A stretch of 64,000 nucleotides of DNA, taken from NCBI GenBank assembly GCA_031414955.1, contig JANOQV010000305.1:15885-79884 (forward strand), given 5' to 3'. The first letter of the stretch is position 1. Each line of letters begins with the position of its first letter. This document shows, in pieces, positions 1 to 10,197 of the stretch. Source of the DNA: Pedosphaera sp. (GTDB taxonomy: Bacteria > Verrucomicrobiota > Verrucomicrobiia > Limisphaerales > SIBH01). Under the pieces are notes generated by a model. It saw only the letters and a program-made list of their open reading frames with translations. It did not search any database and had not been told where the DNA came from. A program made the translations under genes and the position numbers.

Positions 1-2
1 AC

Positions 3-3000
3 GGGCCGGTGAACAACATTACGGTGACAGTCACGGATGCGGCGGCGGGCGCACTGCCCAATGGTAATCCGATGACGTCCGGGACTTTCAAGCCCACCAA
101 CATCGGCGCTGGCGACACCTTCCCCGGGCCTGCTCCGGGCGGAGCGTATGTTGGAGCGCTCTCCAATTATTTCGGATTGGCACCCAACGGAGCCTGGTCG
201 CTCTACGTTTTTGATGACGGTGCGGGTGATCTGGGCAGCCTGGCTGGAGGTTGGAGCCTGAGCCTCACCACGTTGCTGGGCAGCGGTGGTTCGCAACCGC
301 CGACCATGAGCGACATCGCGAATCAAAGCACACCGGTCAGCACTCCGACGGCCGCCATTCCCTTCACCATCGGCGACGCCGAAACCCCTGCTTCCAACCT
401 GACCTTGAACCGAAGCTCGTCCAATCCAACGCTCGTGCCGACCAACAACATTGTCTTCGGTGGCAGTGGCAGCAATCGCACCGTGATGCTTACGCCGGCC
501 AGCGGTCAGACCGGCACCTCGTCCATCACGGTGACGGTGAGCGACGCCACAAATAGCACGAGCGACAGCTTTGTGCTGACGGTGACGGCGGTGAACACGC
601 CCCCCACCATGACTGCGCTGCCCGACCAGAGCGTCAGCGAGGACCAGACGGCGGCCGCGTTGAACTTCACCATCGGCGACGGCGAGACCGCCGCCGCGAG
701 CCTGGTGCTGGGCAAGGCTTCCTCAAACACGGCGCTGGTGCCCACGAACAACATTGTCTTCGGCGGCAGCGGCAGCAATCGCACCGCGACCATGACGCCG
801 GTGGTTAACGTCAGCGGCGTCGCGACGATTACGTTGAGTGTGAACGACGGTCAATTGACGGCGAGCCGCAGCTTCCTCCTGACGGTGAACGCGGTGAACG
901 ACGCGCCGACCATCTCGGGCATTTCCAACCAGACGATAGCCGTCGGTGCGGCCACGGGGCCGCTCGGTTTCGTGGTCGGAGATGTGGAGAGTCCGGCGGC
1001 CAGCCTGATCTTGAGCGCGGACTCCTCGGATCCCGCGTTGGTGCCGACGAACAACATTGTCTTCGGCGGCAGCGGCAGTAATCACACCGTGGCCGTCACG
1101 GCGGCGGCAGGCCTGAGCGGCAGTTCAATCATCAGCCTCCTGGTGAGTGACGGCACGAATACCACCAGCACGAATTTCACCGTGACCGTGAGCAGCCTGA
1201 CCACCGGCACGTTCTCCTTCAGCAACGCCACGGCCATCACGATTCCAGTCACGGGCGCGGCCTCGCCGTATCCATCCACGATCCACACCTCCGGCCTGGG
1301 CGGAACGGCAAGCAACGTGGTCGTGACGTTGCGAAACTTGACTCACACCTGGACGCGTGATCTCGACATGTTGCTGGTGGGACCAGGCGGACAAAAGATG
1401 CTGCTGAGTTCTGACGCCGGTAACGGCGCGGCGAACAATGTGACCCTCACGTTTTCGAACGGGGCCGCCGTGGCTCTGCCGCGCAGTTCCCTGGTCACGG
1501 GCGCTTATCGCCCGGCCAATTATGACTCGGCCACGGACGTGTTTCCGGCCCCGGCCCCGGCCGCGCCTTTTGGTGCCAGTTTGACGGCTTTCAACGGGCA
1601 GACGCCAAACGGAACTTGGGCGCTCTTTGTGTTTGATGATGGCAACGGTGACTCAGGGAACATTGCCGGAGGCTGGAGCCTGACGCTCACAGCGGGCACG
1701 AGCGGGGTGGCCAACCAGCCGCCGACGATCAGCGACGTCCTGAATCAGTCCACGACGATCAATACGCCGACGGCGGACCTGCCTTTTACGGTCGGCGATT
1801 TTGAGACTCCGGCCACGAATCTCACACTGATCGCAGGCTCCTCGAACTCATCCTTGCTGCCGACGAACAACATTTTGTTCAACGGCGGCGGGAGCAATCG
1901 CACCGTGACGGTCACGCCGGCCGGCGGCCTGACTGGAACCGTAACCGTGACCGTGACCGTGCGCGATGGGACGAACAGCGCCAGCGACACTTTCGTGCTC
2001 ACGGTCAACGCGGTGAACACGCCGCCGACCATCACCAGCCTGACCGGCCAGGTTATCAGCGAGGATACGGTGGCCGGGCCGTTGAGTTTCAACATTGGCG
2101 ATAGTGAGACGGGGGCGGCGAGCTTGACTCTGGCCCGAACGTCTTCGAACCCGGTGCTCATCCCGACGAACAGTATTATTTTTGGCGGCAGCGGCAGCAA
2201 TCGCACCGTGACCGTGACGCCAACGGCCAACCTGAGCGGCACGGCGACGCTCACGTTGAGCGTGAGCGACGGCCAGGTGAGCGTAAACACGGCTTTCTTG
2301 GTGACGGTGAACGCGGTAAACGATGCGCCCACCATCTCGGGGGTCGCGAACCAGTCCATCCCAGCAGGCGGGACGGCGGGGCCGCTCGGTTTCGTGATCG
2401 GAGATGTGGAGACCCCAGCGGCGAACCTCGCGGTGAGCGCAGGCTCCTCGAATCCGGCCCTGGTGCCTGCGAACAACATTGTGCTCGGTGGCAGTGGCAG
2501 CAATCGCACCGTGATGGTGACGGCGCTGACAAATCAAACCGGCAGCGCGACAGTTTCCTTGGTCGTGGGGGACGGCACGAACAGTTCCGCGACAAGTTTT
2601 ACCGTGACGGCGAGCGCGCTGACTTCGGGCACGAGGTCATTCACCAACCCCACGGCCATCGTAATCCCCGATTCAGGACCGGCCACGCCCTATCCCTCAA
2701 TCATCAACGTGGCGAACTTCGGTGGCACGGTGACGAACGTAACATTGACGTTGCGCAACTTGAGCCACACCTGGACGCGAGACATTGACATGCTGCTCGT
2801 CGGGCCGGGCGGACAGAAGGCGCTGGTAAGTTCGGACGCCGGCAATGGAGGGGCCAACAACGCGACCTACACCTTGTCGGATGCCGCCGCCTCCGCGCTG
2901 CCCCTGGTGCAACTCGTCTCGGGCACTTATCGCCCGGCGGATTACGAAACGGGGGACGTGCTGGCCGCGCCCGCACCGTCCGGGCCTTACACTGCGCCGT

Positions 3001-3368
3001 TATCAGCCTTCCAAGGGCAGCCGGCGAACGGCCCCTGGTCGCTGTATGTCTTCGATGATGGTGGGGGCGATCTGGGGAGTCTGGCCGGTGGTTGGAGCTT
3101 GACCGTGACCACGGTGGCCGGGGCCGGCGACGTGACGAACTCACCCACCCTGGCTCGGCTCTCCATCGCCCTCGGGACGGACAAAAGTCCGGTCGTGCTG
3201 CGTCTGGAGGACGCCTCCTCCCAAACCTATCTGATCGAAACATCGGATGACCTCAACTCCTGGACGACGTTAGGCCTGGTGCAACTGGTGAACGGCACCG
3301 GATCGTTTGCGGATGACGACGCGGATTTGGACACGGGCCGATTCTACCGGGCCAGAGTCGCGCCGTAA
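3..3368 (+). CDS. Large secreted repeat protein: proprotein-convertase P-domain-like modules alternating with triplets of Ig/cadherin-like repeats, plus a C-terminal tail (5'-truncated by the window)
   Basis: The frame is open from the window edge and begins mid-domain. It has 3 copies of NG.W.L.VFDDG.GD.G..AGGWSL and 6 copies of a ~100-aa PT......Q...F..GD.ET....L....SSN..L.P.NNI.FGGSGSNRT repeat, and ends ...SDDLNSW...RFYRARVAP. Confidence 0.8.
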   Translation, partial: GPVNNITVTVTDAAAGALPNGNPMTSGTFKPTNIGAGDTFPGPAPGGAYVGALSNYFGLAPNGAWSLYVFDDGAGDLGSLAGGWSLSLTTLLGSGGSQPPTMSDIANQSTPVSTPTAAIPFTIGDAETPASNLTLNRSSSNPTLVPTNNIVFGGSGSNRTVMLTPASGQTGTSSITVTVSDATNSTSDSFVLTVTAVNTPPTMTALPDQSVSEDQTAAALNFTIGDGETAAASLVLGKASSNTALVPTNNIVFGGSGSNRTATMTPVVNVSGVATITLSVNDGQLTASRSFLLTVNAVNDAPTISGISNQTIAVGAATGPLGFVVGDVESPAASLILSADSSDPALVPTNNIVFGGSGSNHTVAVTAAAGLSGSSIISLLVSDGTNTTSTNFTVTVSSLTTGTFSFSNATAITIPVTGAASPYPSTIHTSGLGGTASNVVVTLRNLTHTWTRDLDMLLVGPGGQKMLLSSDAGNGAANNVTLTFSNGAAVALPRSSLVTGAYRPANYDSATDVFPAPAPAAPFGASLTAFNGQTPNGTWALFVFDDGNGDSGNIAGGWSLTLTAGTSGVANQPPTISDVLNQSTTINTPTADLPFTVGDFETPATNLTLIAGSSNSSLLPTNNILFNGGGSNRTVTVTPAGGLTGTVTVTVTVRDGTNSASDTFVLTVNAVNTPPTITSLTGQVISEDTVAGPLSFNIGDSETGAASLTLARTSSNPVLIPTNSIIFGGSGSNRTVTVTPTANLSGTATLTLSVSDGQVSVNTAFLVTVNAVNDAPTISGVANQSIPAGGTAGPLGFVIGDVETPAANLAVSAGSSNPALVPANNIVLGGSGSNRTVMVTALTNQTGSATVSLVVGDGTNSSATSFTVTASALTSGTRSFTNPTAIVIPDSGPATPYPSIINVANFGGTVTNVTLTLRNLSHTWTRDIDMLLVGPGGQKALVSSDAGNGGANNATYTLSDAAASALPLVQLVSGTYRPADYETGDVLAAPAPSGPYTAPLSAFQGQPANGPWSLYVFDDGGGDLGSLAGGWSLTVTTVAGAGDVTNSPTLARLSIALGTDKSPVVLRLEDASSQTYLIETSDDLNSWTTLGLVQLVNGTGSFADDDADLDTGRFYRARVAP

Positions 3369-3701
3369 GGCGAGGTTTCGATTTTGCCTCTTCCTTGATT
3401 TTGAATGACTGGCCGCGCCAGGCCTGGTGTTGAGCGTGCGAGCATGAACATGAGGTCTAGCTGCAAATTCATGGCTGGCGCACTTTTTCCGGTCGGCTCG
3501 ACGGCAACGCCGGCCTGAGGTGAACCAGCCCGGCGCGTCCACGCTTCATGACTTCGGGCCGGCAGACGTGATGGACGATCCGACGAAGAAGGTGCAAATC
3601 CGGGCCGCAGATAGTCAGGTCGTTGAAGCAGAAGTGTGGCCCACCGAAAAGAAACTGGCTCCGACCGGGAAACGCGGAGTCCGGTTTGCTCCCGGGACAT
3701 G

Positions 3702-3733
3702 AAAAAAGGCGCTCTGATTGCCAGAGCGCCTTT
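3702..3733 (-). terminator. Rho-independent terminator downstream of hup
   Basis: 12-bp stem aaaggcgctctg/cagagcgccttt with a 5-nt loop, ending in a U-tract on the minus strand, 16 nt after the hup stop. Confidence 0.8.
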
Positions 3734-3749
3734 CGTGAAAACGGAACGA

Positions 3750-4031
3750 CTACTTGAGGATCGCGTCCTTGGCCGCCTTGGCGACGCGGAACTTCACGAC
3801 CTTCTTGGCCGGGATCTGGATCGTCGCGCCGGTGGCCGGGTTGCGACCGATGCGGGCCTTGCGATTCACCAGCACCAGCTTGCCGAGGCCGGGCAGGGTG
3901 AAACTGTTCTTGGCATTCTTGTAGGCCAGCTCGGTGATGGATTCGAGAATCTCACCGGCCTGCTTCTTCGTGATGCCGTTTTTATCAGCGATCGCCGCGG
4001 CGATCTGGGATTTGGAGAGGGCTTTTGCCAT
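3750..4031 (-). CDS. hup: HU family DNA-binding protein
   Basis: 93 aa MAKALSKSQIAAAIA...TLPGLGKL...RKARIGRNPATGATIQIPAKKVVKFR. It is only the C-terminal part of the 529-aa track ORF; ATG at 4031. Confidence 0.95.
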   Translation of the reverse strand: MAKALSKSQIAAAIADKNGITKKQAGEILESITELAYKNAKNSFTLPGLGKLVLVNRKARIGRNPATGATIQIPAKKVVKFRVAKAAKDAILK

Positions 4032-4220
4032 AGTGTCTATTGGTTTTTTGTTATGTCGTTTGTGCGTTTTGAGTCGCGCGACTCGCTCCGTATTAAAGCC
4101 CCATCGCAAAGTCGCGCAAGAGATTTCCTGAAAATTTTCCAATGAAATCAGTGTGTTCCTCACGGTCAGGAAACGAGCAGGGGCTTGACTTGATCCGGCA
4201 AAGCCAGAACATCCGCGCTC

Positions 4221-5303
4221 ATGGCGAGCCTGTTTTCCATTCGGGGCGAGCAACGATACGAAGTGGTGCGCAAGGTCTTTGAAGGCGGCATGGGCATTGT
4301 CTATGAAGCTGAACAGCACGGCGCGCGCAACTTCGTCAAGCGGGTGGCGATCAAAGTCATCCGCCAAAACTTCGCCACCCAAAAGGAGTTCATCGAGAAT
4401 TTCATCGGCGAGGCCAAGCTCGTGGCCGACTTGATTCACACCAACATCGTGCAGACCTACCAGCTCGGCGAACTGAACGGTATTTATTACATCGCGATGG
4501 AGTACATCAACGGCCTGAACCTTGAACAGTTCATGCAGCAGGTGGCGGACAAGAAGAAGAAGCTGCCGCTCGAACTCGCCGTGTTCATCGCCAGCCGGGT
4601 CTGCCGCGGGCTGGCCTACGCGCACTCCAAGACAGACAAGAACGGCAAACCGCTGGGCATTGTGCATCGCGACGTGAGCTTCAAGAACATCATGGTCGCC
4701 TTCGAGGGCGACGTGAAGCTGACCGATTTCGGCGTGGCCAAGGCGGCCGGCTTCCTGATCGACAAGGAGGGGGAGGTGGTCGCCGGCAAGGCTGACTACA
4801 TGAGTCCCGAGCAGGCGGACTTTCAGGTGACGGATCGGCGCTCGGATGTGTTTTCCGTCGGAGTGGTGCTGGGACATCTCGCTTTGGGGCACAATGTTTT
4901 CAAGGGCGCTTCCGCAAACGAGTCCCGAGATCGAGTGATGAAAATGCCCATTCCGGATTTCCGGAAACTCGACAAGCGCATCGACCAGAAGCTGGATGCC
5001 ATCTTGCAGCGCGCCCTGGCCCGGGACGTGAAACAACGCTACGCCACCGCCGACGCACTGCTCTACGATTTGGAATTCTATATTTATCATTCTGGCTACG
5101 GGCCGACGAACGAAACTCTGGGCAAGTTCGTCCGTGAACTGTTCGGCCTGGATCCCGCCGCAGCCACGCGCGACGCTCAGGGGAGCACGCGCCTCATTGA
5201 GCGCGCCGCACGTGTGACCACGAGCGCCACCCGTGGCACACGTCGCACTGCGCGCACCGCGCGGAACACCCGATCGACCAAGAAATCCATTCGCATCTCC
5301 TGA
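4221..5303 (+). CDS. Hanks-type Ser/Thr protein kinase, cytoplasmic
   Basis: GGMGIVY, VAIK, HRDVSFKN, DFG and YMSPEQ motifs. No transmembrane segment; basic Arg/Thr-rich tail. Confidence 0.92.
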   Translation: MASLFSIRGEQRYEVVRKVFEGGMGIVYEAEQHGARNFVKRVAIKVIRQNFATQKEFIENFIGEAKLVADLIHTNIVQTYQLGELNGIYYIAMEYINGLNLEQFMQQVADKKKKLPLELAVFIASRVCRGLAYAHSKTDKNGKPLGIVHRDVSFKNIMVAFEGDVKLTDFGVAKAAGFLIDKEGEVVAGKADYMSPEQADFQVTDRRSDVFSVGVVLGHLALGHNVFKGASANESRDRVMKMPIPDFRKLDKRIDQKLDAILQRALARDVKQRYATADALLYDLEFYIYHSGYGPTNETLGKFVRELFGLDPAAATRDAQGSTRLIERAARVTTSATRGTRRTARTARNTRSTKKSIRIS

Positions 5304-5379
5304 TGAGCCATCCAACCGCCCGCCGCTGTGCGCCGCCAACCCTGCACCTGGCTCAAGCTGGGTTTGCTCTTAGCCCTCA

Positions 5380-6264
5380 ATGAAACCCAACATCGTTAAG
5401 GTGGGCCTGATGCAAACCAGTTGCTCGCCCGATCCGGTCGCGAACCTCAAGAAGACGCTCGCTGCCACCGAGAAACTCGCCCGGCAAGGCGCCCAGATCA
5501 TCTGCACTCAGGAACTTTTTCGTTCCCAGTACTTCTGCCAGAGCGAGGACCACGAATGCTTCAAGCTGGCCGAATCGATTCCCGGCCCGAGCACGGCTGC
5601 GTTCCAGAAACTGGCCAAGAAACATGAGGTCGTGATCATCGCCTCGCTCTTCGAGAAGCGCGCCGCCGGGGTTTATCACAACACCGCCGCCATCATCGAC
5701 GCGGATGGATCTCTGCTCGGCATCTACCGCAAGATGCACATCCCGGACGACCCCTTGTTCTACGAGAAGTTTTACTTCACGCCCGGCGACCTTGGCTTCA
5801 AGGCCTGGCAGACACGCTACGCGAAGATTGGTGTGCTTATCTGCTGGGACCAGTGGTATCCCGAAGGCGCGCGACTGACCGCGATGCAAGGGGCGGAGAT
5901 TCTGTTTTACCCCACCGCCATCGGCTGGCATCCGAAGGAGAAGGCCGAGCACGGTGCCAACCAGCACGGCGCGTGGGAACTCATCCAGCGCAGCCACGGC
6001 GTGGCCAATGGGTGCTATGTCGCGGCCGTCAATCGTATCGGTCTCGAGCGTCCCATCGGCGGCGAAGGCATCGAGTTCTGGGGGCAGAGTTTTGTCGCTG
6101 GCACCTCCGGCCAGATCATCGCCAAGGCCAGCGTGGACCAGGAAGAGAACCTGCTCGTGCCGCTCGACCTCGCCAAGGTCGATGTCACGCGCACGCACTG
6201 GCCGTTCCTGCGCGATCGACGCATCGATGCCTACGGGGATTTGACCAAAAGACTGATTGACTAA
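5380..6264 (+). CDS. aguB: Carbon-nitrogen hydrolase, N-carbamoylputrescine amidase-like
   Basis: Nitrilase triad motifs QELF, YRKMHIPDDP.FYEKFYF.PGD and ICWDQWYPE, plus FLRDRR. Confidence 0.85.
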   Translation: MKPNIVKVGLMQTSCSPDPVANLKKTLAATEKLARQGAQIICTQELFRSQYFCQSEDHECFKLAESIPGPSTAAFQKLAKKHEVVIIASLFEKRAAGVYHNTAAIIDADGSLLGIYRKMHIPDDPLFYEKFYFTPGDLGFKAWQTRYAKIGVLICWDQWYPEGARLTAMQGAEILFYPTAIGWHPKEKAEHGANQHGAWELIQRSHGVANGCYVAAVNRIGLERPIGGEGIEFWGQSFVAGTSGQIIAKASVDQEENLLVPLDLAKVDVTRTHWPFLRDRRIDAYGDLTKRLID

Positions 6265-6315
6265 GAATGCGGCACATCCGGTGAGCATCATCGAATTTGT
6301 GAAGATCCCGGAAAT

Positions 6316-6412
6316 AGCGGCGCTCAAGCGACCGCACTCCGAACGTTGGCGCGTGTCAGCGGACGCCACGATCCTCGCGAAGCATTTGGAGTGCGGTCGC
6401 TTTAGCGCCGCT
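6316..6412. repeat. REP/REPIN-like inverted repeat pair
   Basis: agcggcgctcaagcgaccgcactcc (6316-6340) and ggagtgcggtcgctttagcgccgct (6388-6412) are 24/25 complementary. Intergenic. Confidence 0.8.
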
Positions 6413-6429
6413 TTCAGTTGGGCTTGAGG

Positions 6430-7269
6430 ATGACGACCGCCTGGATCACCGGCGCGGGCGGACTCATCGGCTCGCAACTCGCTCGTCTGGCACCGCCGGG
6501 CTGGACAGTTCGCGGTCTGGCGCGGACGGATTTCGATCTCGCTGACTTCGCCGCCGTGCGCCCAGCGTTCGAGCGCGACCGTCCGCAACTTGTCATCCAC
6601 TGCGCCGCCTTGAGCAAGACGCTGGATTGCGAACGCGATCCCGGCGCAGCCTGGAAGAATAATTTTGAAGTCACCCGCACGCTGGCCGGACTGGCGGCGG
6701 ACATTCCTCTGATCTCTTTCTCCACGGACCTGGTCTTCGATGGTCTCAAGGGCCACTACACCGAAATGGATTCTCCGAATCCCATCAGCGTCTATGCCGA
6801 GACGAAAGTCGCGGCCGAGCGCGCGGTGCTGGCGAATCCCCGGCACTCGGTTGTCCGCACCTCGCTCAATGCCGGCCGCACGCGCGGCGGCAGCGCCTTC
6901 AACGAACAGTGGCTCGGAGCACTGGGGCGCGGCGCGACGCTCGATCTCTTTGTCGATGAATTCCGTTCGCCCATCGCGGCCACCGTCACGGCACGAGCGG
7001 TGTGGGAGTTGGTGGCGGCGAACCAGCCGGGGCTTTACCACCTCGCCGGGGGTGAGCGTCTCACGCGGCACGCCATCGGAATGCTGCTCACGGCCAACGC
7101 GCCAGCACTGGCCGCGCGCATCCAGCGCGGCTCGATTCACAACTACTCGGCCATGCGCCGCGCCCCCGATACCTCGCTGGACTGCGGGAAGATTCAACGG
7201 CTGCTTTCGTTCCCACTGCCCCGATTCAGCGACTGGCTGCGCGAAAACCCCGGTACGCTCGACGCATGA
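6430..7269 (+). CDS. SDR oxidoreductase, dTDP-4-dehydrorhamnose reductase (RfbD/RmlD) family
   Basis: ITGAGGLIG, IHCAA, STDLVFDG and YAETK (YxxxK) motifs. Confidence 0.85.
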   Translation: MTTAWITGAGGLIGSQLARLAPPGWTVRGLARTDFDLADFAAVRPAFERDRPQLVIHCAALSKTLDCERDPGAAWKNNFEVTRTLAGLAADIPLISFSTDLVFDGLKGHYTEMDSPNPISVYAETKVAAERAVLANPRHSVVRTSLNAGRTRGGSAFNEQWLGALGRGATLDLFVDEFRSPIAATVTARAVWELVAANQPGLYHLAGGERLTRHAIGMLLTANAPALAARIQRGSIHNYSAMRRAPDTSLDCGKIQRLLSFPLPRFSDWLRENPGTLDA

Positions 7270-8087
7270 ACTATCGTGGCCGCCTCGCGCCTTCCCCGAC
7301 GGGCTATTTGCATCTCGGCCACGCCCGGACCTTCTGGACGGCGCAACAACGGGCGCGCGAATACAATGGCGTCCTGATCCTTCGCAACGAGGATCTCGAT
7401 CCGGCGCGCTCTCGTCCTGAATTCGTGGACGCGATGCTTGCAGACTTGAAGTGGTTTGGCTTCGAGTGGCAGGAAGGCCCCGACGTGGGCGGGCCGGTCG
7501 CGCCTTACGACCAAAGCAAGCGCCATCATCTTTATCGTGCCGCGCTTGATCAACTGCACGCCGGCGGATTCATTTACCCCTGCACCTGCTCGCGCAAGGA
7601 CATCCAGCAAGCTGCCCAAGCTCCGCACGCCGGTGATGATGAATTGATTTACCCCGGCACCTGTCGCGCCAATTTGAAATCGCCCACCGCCAGTCGCCAA
7701 TGCTCCTGGCGCTTTCGCGTGCCTGATGGAGAAGCCGTGTCATTCCTCGACGGACAACTCGGTGCCCAATCGTTCATCGCCGGAAAACACTTCGGTGACT
7801 TCGTGGTCTGGCGTCACGACAATGTGCCGTCCTATCAACTCGCCGTCGTCGCGGATGATGCGGCGATGCAAATCACCGAAGTGGTGCGGGGCGCGGACCT
7901 GCTCGTCTCCAGCGCGCGGCAGTTGCTCCTCTACCGGGCGCTGCGCCTGACTCCACCGACATTTTCACACTGCCCTCTCGTGCTGGATGAAACGGGCGAA
8001 CGACTGGCCAAGAGGCATGACGCACTGAGCCTGCGCTCATTGCGCGGAGCAGGAAAATCGCCGGAGGAACTCCGGGTGGCGTGGTAG
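7266..8087 (+). CDS. gluQ: tRNA glutamyl-Q(34) synthetase GluQRS
   Basis: RLAPSPTGYLHLGH, CTCSRK, YQLAVVADD, VVRGADL and RLAKR motifs. No anticodon-binding domain (273 aa). Confidence 0.9.
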   Translation: MNYRGRLAPSPTGYLHLGHARTFWTAQQRAREYNGVLILRNEDLDPARSRPEFVDAMLADLKWFGFEWQEGPDVGGPVAPYDQSKRHHLYRAALDQLHAGGFIYPCTCSRKDIQQAAQAPHAGDDELIYPGTCRANLKSPTASRQCSWRFRVPDGEAVSFLDGQLGAQSFIAGKHFGDFVVWRHDNVPSYQLAVVADDAAMQITEVVRGADLLVSSARQLLLYRALRLTPPTFSHCPLVLDETGERLAKRHDALSLRSLRGAGKSPEELRVAW

Positions 8088-8120
8088 AAGACAGCCGCGA
8101 GGATGACTCCACAGCCGTTG

Positions 8121-10160
8121 TTACTTCTCCTTCAGTTCCATCTCGCCGCACCAGCTTTCGGGCAGCACTTGGTCTCGCACCTCGGGCAGGTGTTTGAGGT
8201 AAAAGCGCGTGGTGTGGTCGTCCTGGGCGGATTCGAGCACGCGCTCAAATGCCAGGCCGGCCGGGCCAAAGTCCCGTTGCTGAAACAGCCGCAGAGCCTC
8301 ATCGAACTCCCCATGCCAGGCCGGCGAAGTCGCTGATGCCTCGCGGTCGCCCACCAGTTCGTACACCTGCACGCACTTCTCGAAGCCCTTGAGCTGGAAT
8401 TTGCCGAGGTACCGCGTCAGGAAGCGAGTGCCGATCTCCTTCTTCACGTCTCCCGTGATCAGCACATCGGTGCCGAGGTATTTGTTCAACCCTTCCATGC
8501 GCGAGGCGAGGTTGATGCTCTCGCCGATGGCCGTGTAATCCACGCGCGTCGCGCTGCCGAAGTTGCCGACATTCGCCACGCCGGTGTGGATGCCGATGCG
8601 CGTGATCAGTTTGCGTCCTTTGACGGGCAGCTTGCTCTGCTCACGGAAACGCAGCGCGGCGTCGCAGGCGCGCACCGCATGATCGCCCTGCGGGTCGGGC
8701 GCATTCCAGAAGGCGAAGATGGCGTCACCGATGTATTTGACCACGGTGCCATCCGTGGGGTGGATGCACTGGCCGACCGCGCCCTGGAAATACTCGTTCA
8801 TCATCTGGGCCAGTTCATCGGAGTCCATGCCCTCGGACACCGAAGTGAAGCCGGCGATGTCGCTGAAAAGGATGGTGAGCCGCTGCTTGGCCGCGCCGGG
8901 TTGGAGCAGCTTGCGGTCATTGTCCGCCGCGAACTTCTTTACCAGCTTGGGCGAGAGGTACATTTCGAGCGAGTGGATGAAGAGGCGGTTCTGGACGTAG
9001 AGCCGGATGGAATTCACCGCCACGGAACAAAGCAGCGCGACGGCAATCTGGACACAGACAATCAGCCACGGGAACCAGGTGAGCCGGCTCACGAACAATT
9101 CCCGGCTCAGGACACCCACCAACAGCAAGGCGACGAGGGCCGCGAAGATTGCGACCCCAGGTCGCAGGCGCATCAGGCCAAACCCAGCCAGCAAACCCAG
9201 GGCGACAATCGTGCCCAACTCTGCGCGCAGAGGAAATCGCCGCAGCCAGTCCCCATGCATCAGGTTCAGGAACATCGTGGCCTGAATTTCCACCCCGGAG
9301 ATGAAAGGCGACTGGCCCTGTCCCGTGATCCAGAATGAATACGGATTGCGATAGGCGTCGTTGCGCTCGTTCTGCAACTTCGTGATGAGGCGCGCACCGA
9401 TGAAGACCGTCTTACCGCGAAAGAAATCATCCGGCACGAGTTCCGGCAGCAAGGCCTCGGAGTAGCGGACGCTGGGCAGCAAGCCGGGCGGTCCGTAGTA
9501 ATTGATCCAGGCCCGGATCGGCGCGCCCGGCAGATCCGGCGAAGGCTGGAAGACTTCCGCTTCCGTGTTCTTGGTCACCGGAGCGGCCAGCAGTTGCGCC
9601 GCCACCCAGCTCAGGCTCGCCAGTTGTTCGTTGGGCGAGTGGGCGCGCACAATTAAATCCCGGCTGGGAATTGTCTCCACGGAACCGTAGCCGGCAGCGT
9701 TGGTCGCCAGGGATTCCGTCGGCGGCAGGAATTGCTTCTCGTGTTCGCTCACGGGCACATGCTCCAGGCCAAACACCACCCGCCCGTTCCGCTTCATGGA
9801 CTCGGCCAGTGCGGCGTCCGGGCCGGGATCAGGGTCGGTGAAGACGACATCCAGCACCACGGCTCTGGCTCCGGCGGCAGTCAACCGGTCGAGCATTCGC
9901 GCGTGAATGGATCGGTCCCACGGCGCCTTGAGCGCCTGGCCCAAATCGAGGTGCGACTTCTCGTCGAGATAAACGATCACGGCGTCATGCGCCGGGAGCT
10001 GCTGGAAACGGAGAATGTGGAGCAAATCATAACTGAGATTCACCAGCCCGGAACCGACGGCGAACTCATGCAGGAACCAGCCCAGCGCAGCCACGACCAG
10101 CGCCAGCAGCCACGCCCCCCAGCGGGCGCGAATGATCGAGGGCCGTTTCACAGGGAGCAA
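8121..10160 (-). CDS. CHASE2-domain membrane adenylate cyclase (class III)
   Basis: N-terminal TM, CHASE2 motifs (PWDRSIHA, LDVVF, INYYG, GKTVFIG, GVEIQA), 3 TMs, then cyclase motifs LFSDIAGFT, KYIGDA and YTAIGESINLASRMEG. Confidence 0.92.
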   Translation of the reverse strand: MLPVKRPSIIRARWGAWLLALVVAALGWFLHEFAVGSGLVNLSYDLLHILRFQQLPAHDAVIVYLDEKSHLDLGQALKAPWDRSIHARMLDRLTAAGARAVVLDVVFTDPDPGPDAALAESMKRNGRVVFGLEHVPVSEHEKQFLPPTESLATNAAGYGSVETIPSRDLIVRAHSPNEQLASLSWVAAQLLAAPVTKNTEAEVFQPSPDLPGAPIRAWINYYGPPGLLPSVRYSEALLPELVPDDFFRGKTVFIGARLITKLQNERNDAYRNPYSFWITGQGQSPFISGVEIQATMFLNLMHGDWLRRFPLRAELGTIVALGLLAGFGLMRLRPGVAIFAALVALLLVGVLSRELFVSRLTWFPWLIVCVQIAVALLCSVAVNSIRLYVQNRLFIHSLEMYLSPKLVKKFAADNDRKLLQPGAAKQRLTILFSDIAGFTSVSEGMDSDELAQMMNEYFQGAVGQCIHPTDGTVVKYIGDAIFAFWNAPDPQGDHAVRACDAALRFREQSKLPVKGRKLITRIGIHTGVANVGNFGSATRVDYTAIGESINLASRMEGLNKYLGTDVLITGDVKKEIGTRFLTRYLGKFQLKGFEKCVQVYELVGDREASATSPAWHGEFDEALRLFQQRDFGPAGLAFERVLESAQDDHTTRFYLKHLPEVRDQVLPESWCGEMELKEK

Positions 10161-10197
10161 ATCTGGTTGAGCACGCCGCGAGTTAACCGCAACGCGC

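Noticed and set aside
290..2620. Regularly spaced DNA repeats (ggcggcagcggcagcaatcgcaccg) as a possible CRISPR array
   Set aside because: They are ~300-nt-period coding repeats (GGSGSNRT) with synonymous variation, and there are no cas genes.
3520..3702. 60-aa ORF between the exoprotein and hup
   Set aside because: GTG start and no recognisable motif. It cannot be supported, though it is not excluded.
4032..5339. 529-aa minus-strand ORF appearing to give HU a long N-terminal extension
   Set aside because: The extension is the antisense shadow of the kinase gene. HU starts at ATG 4031.
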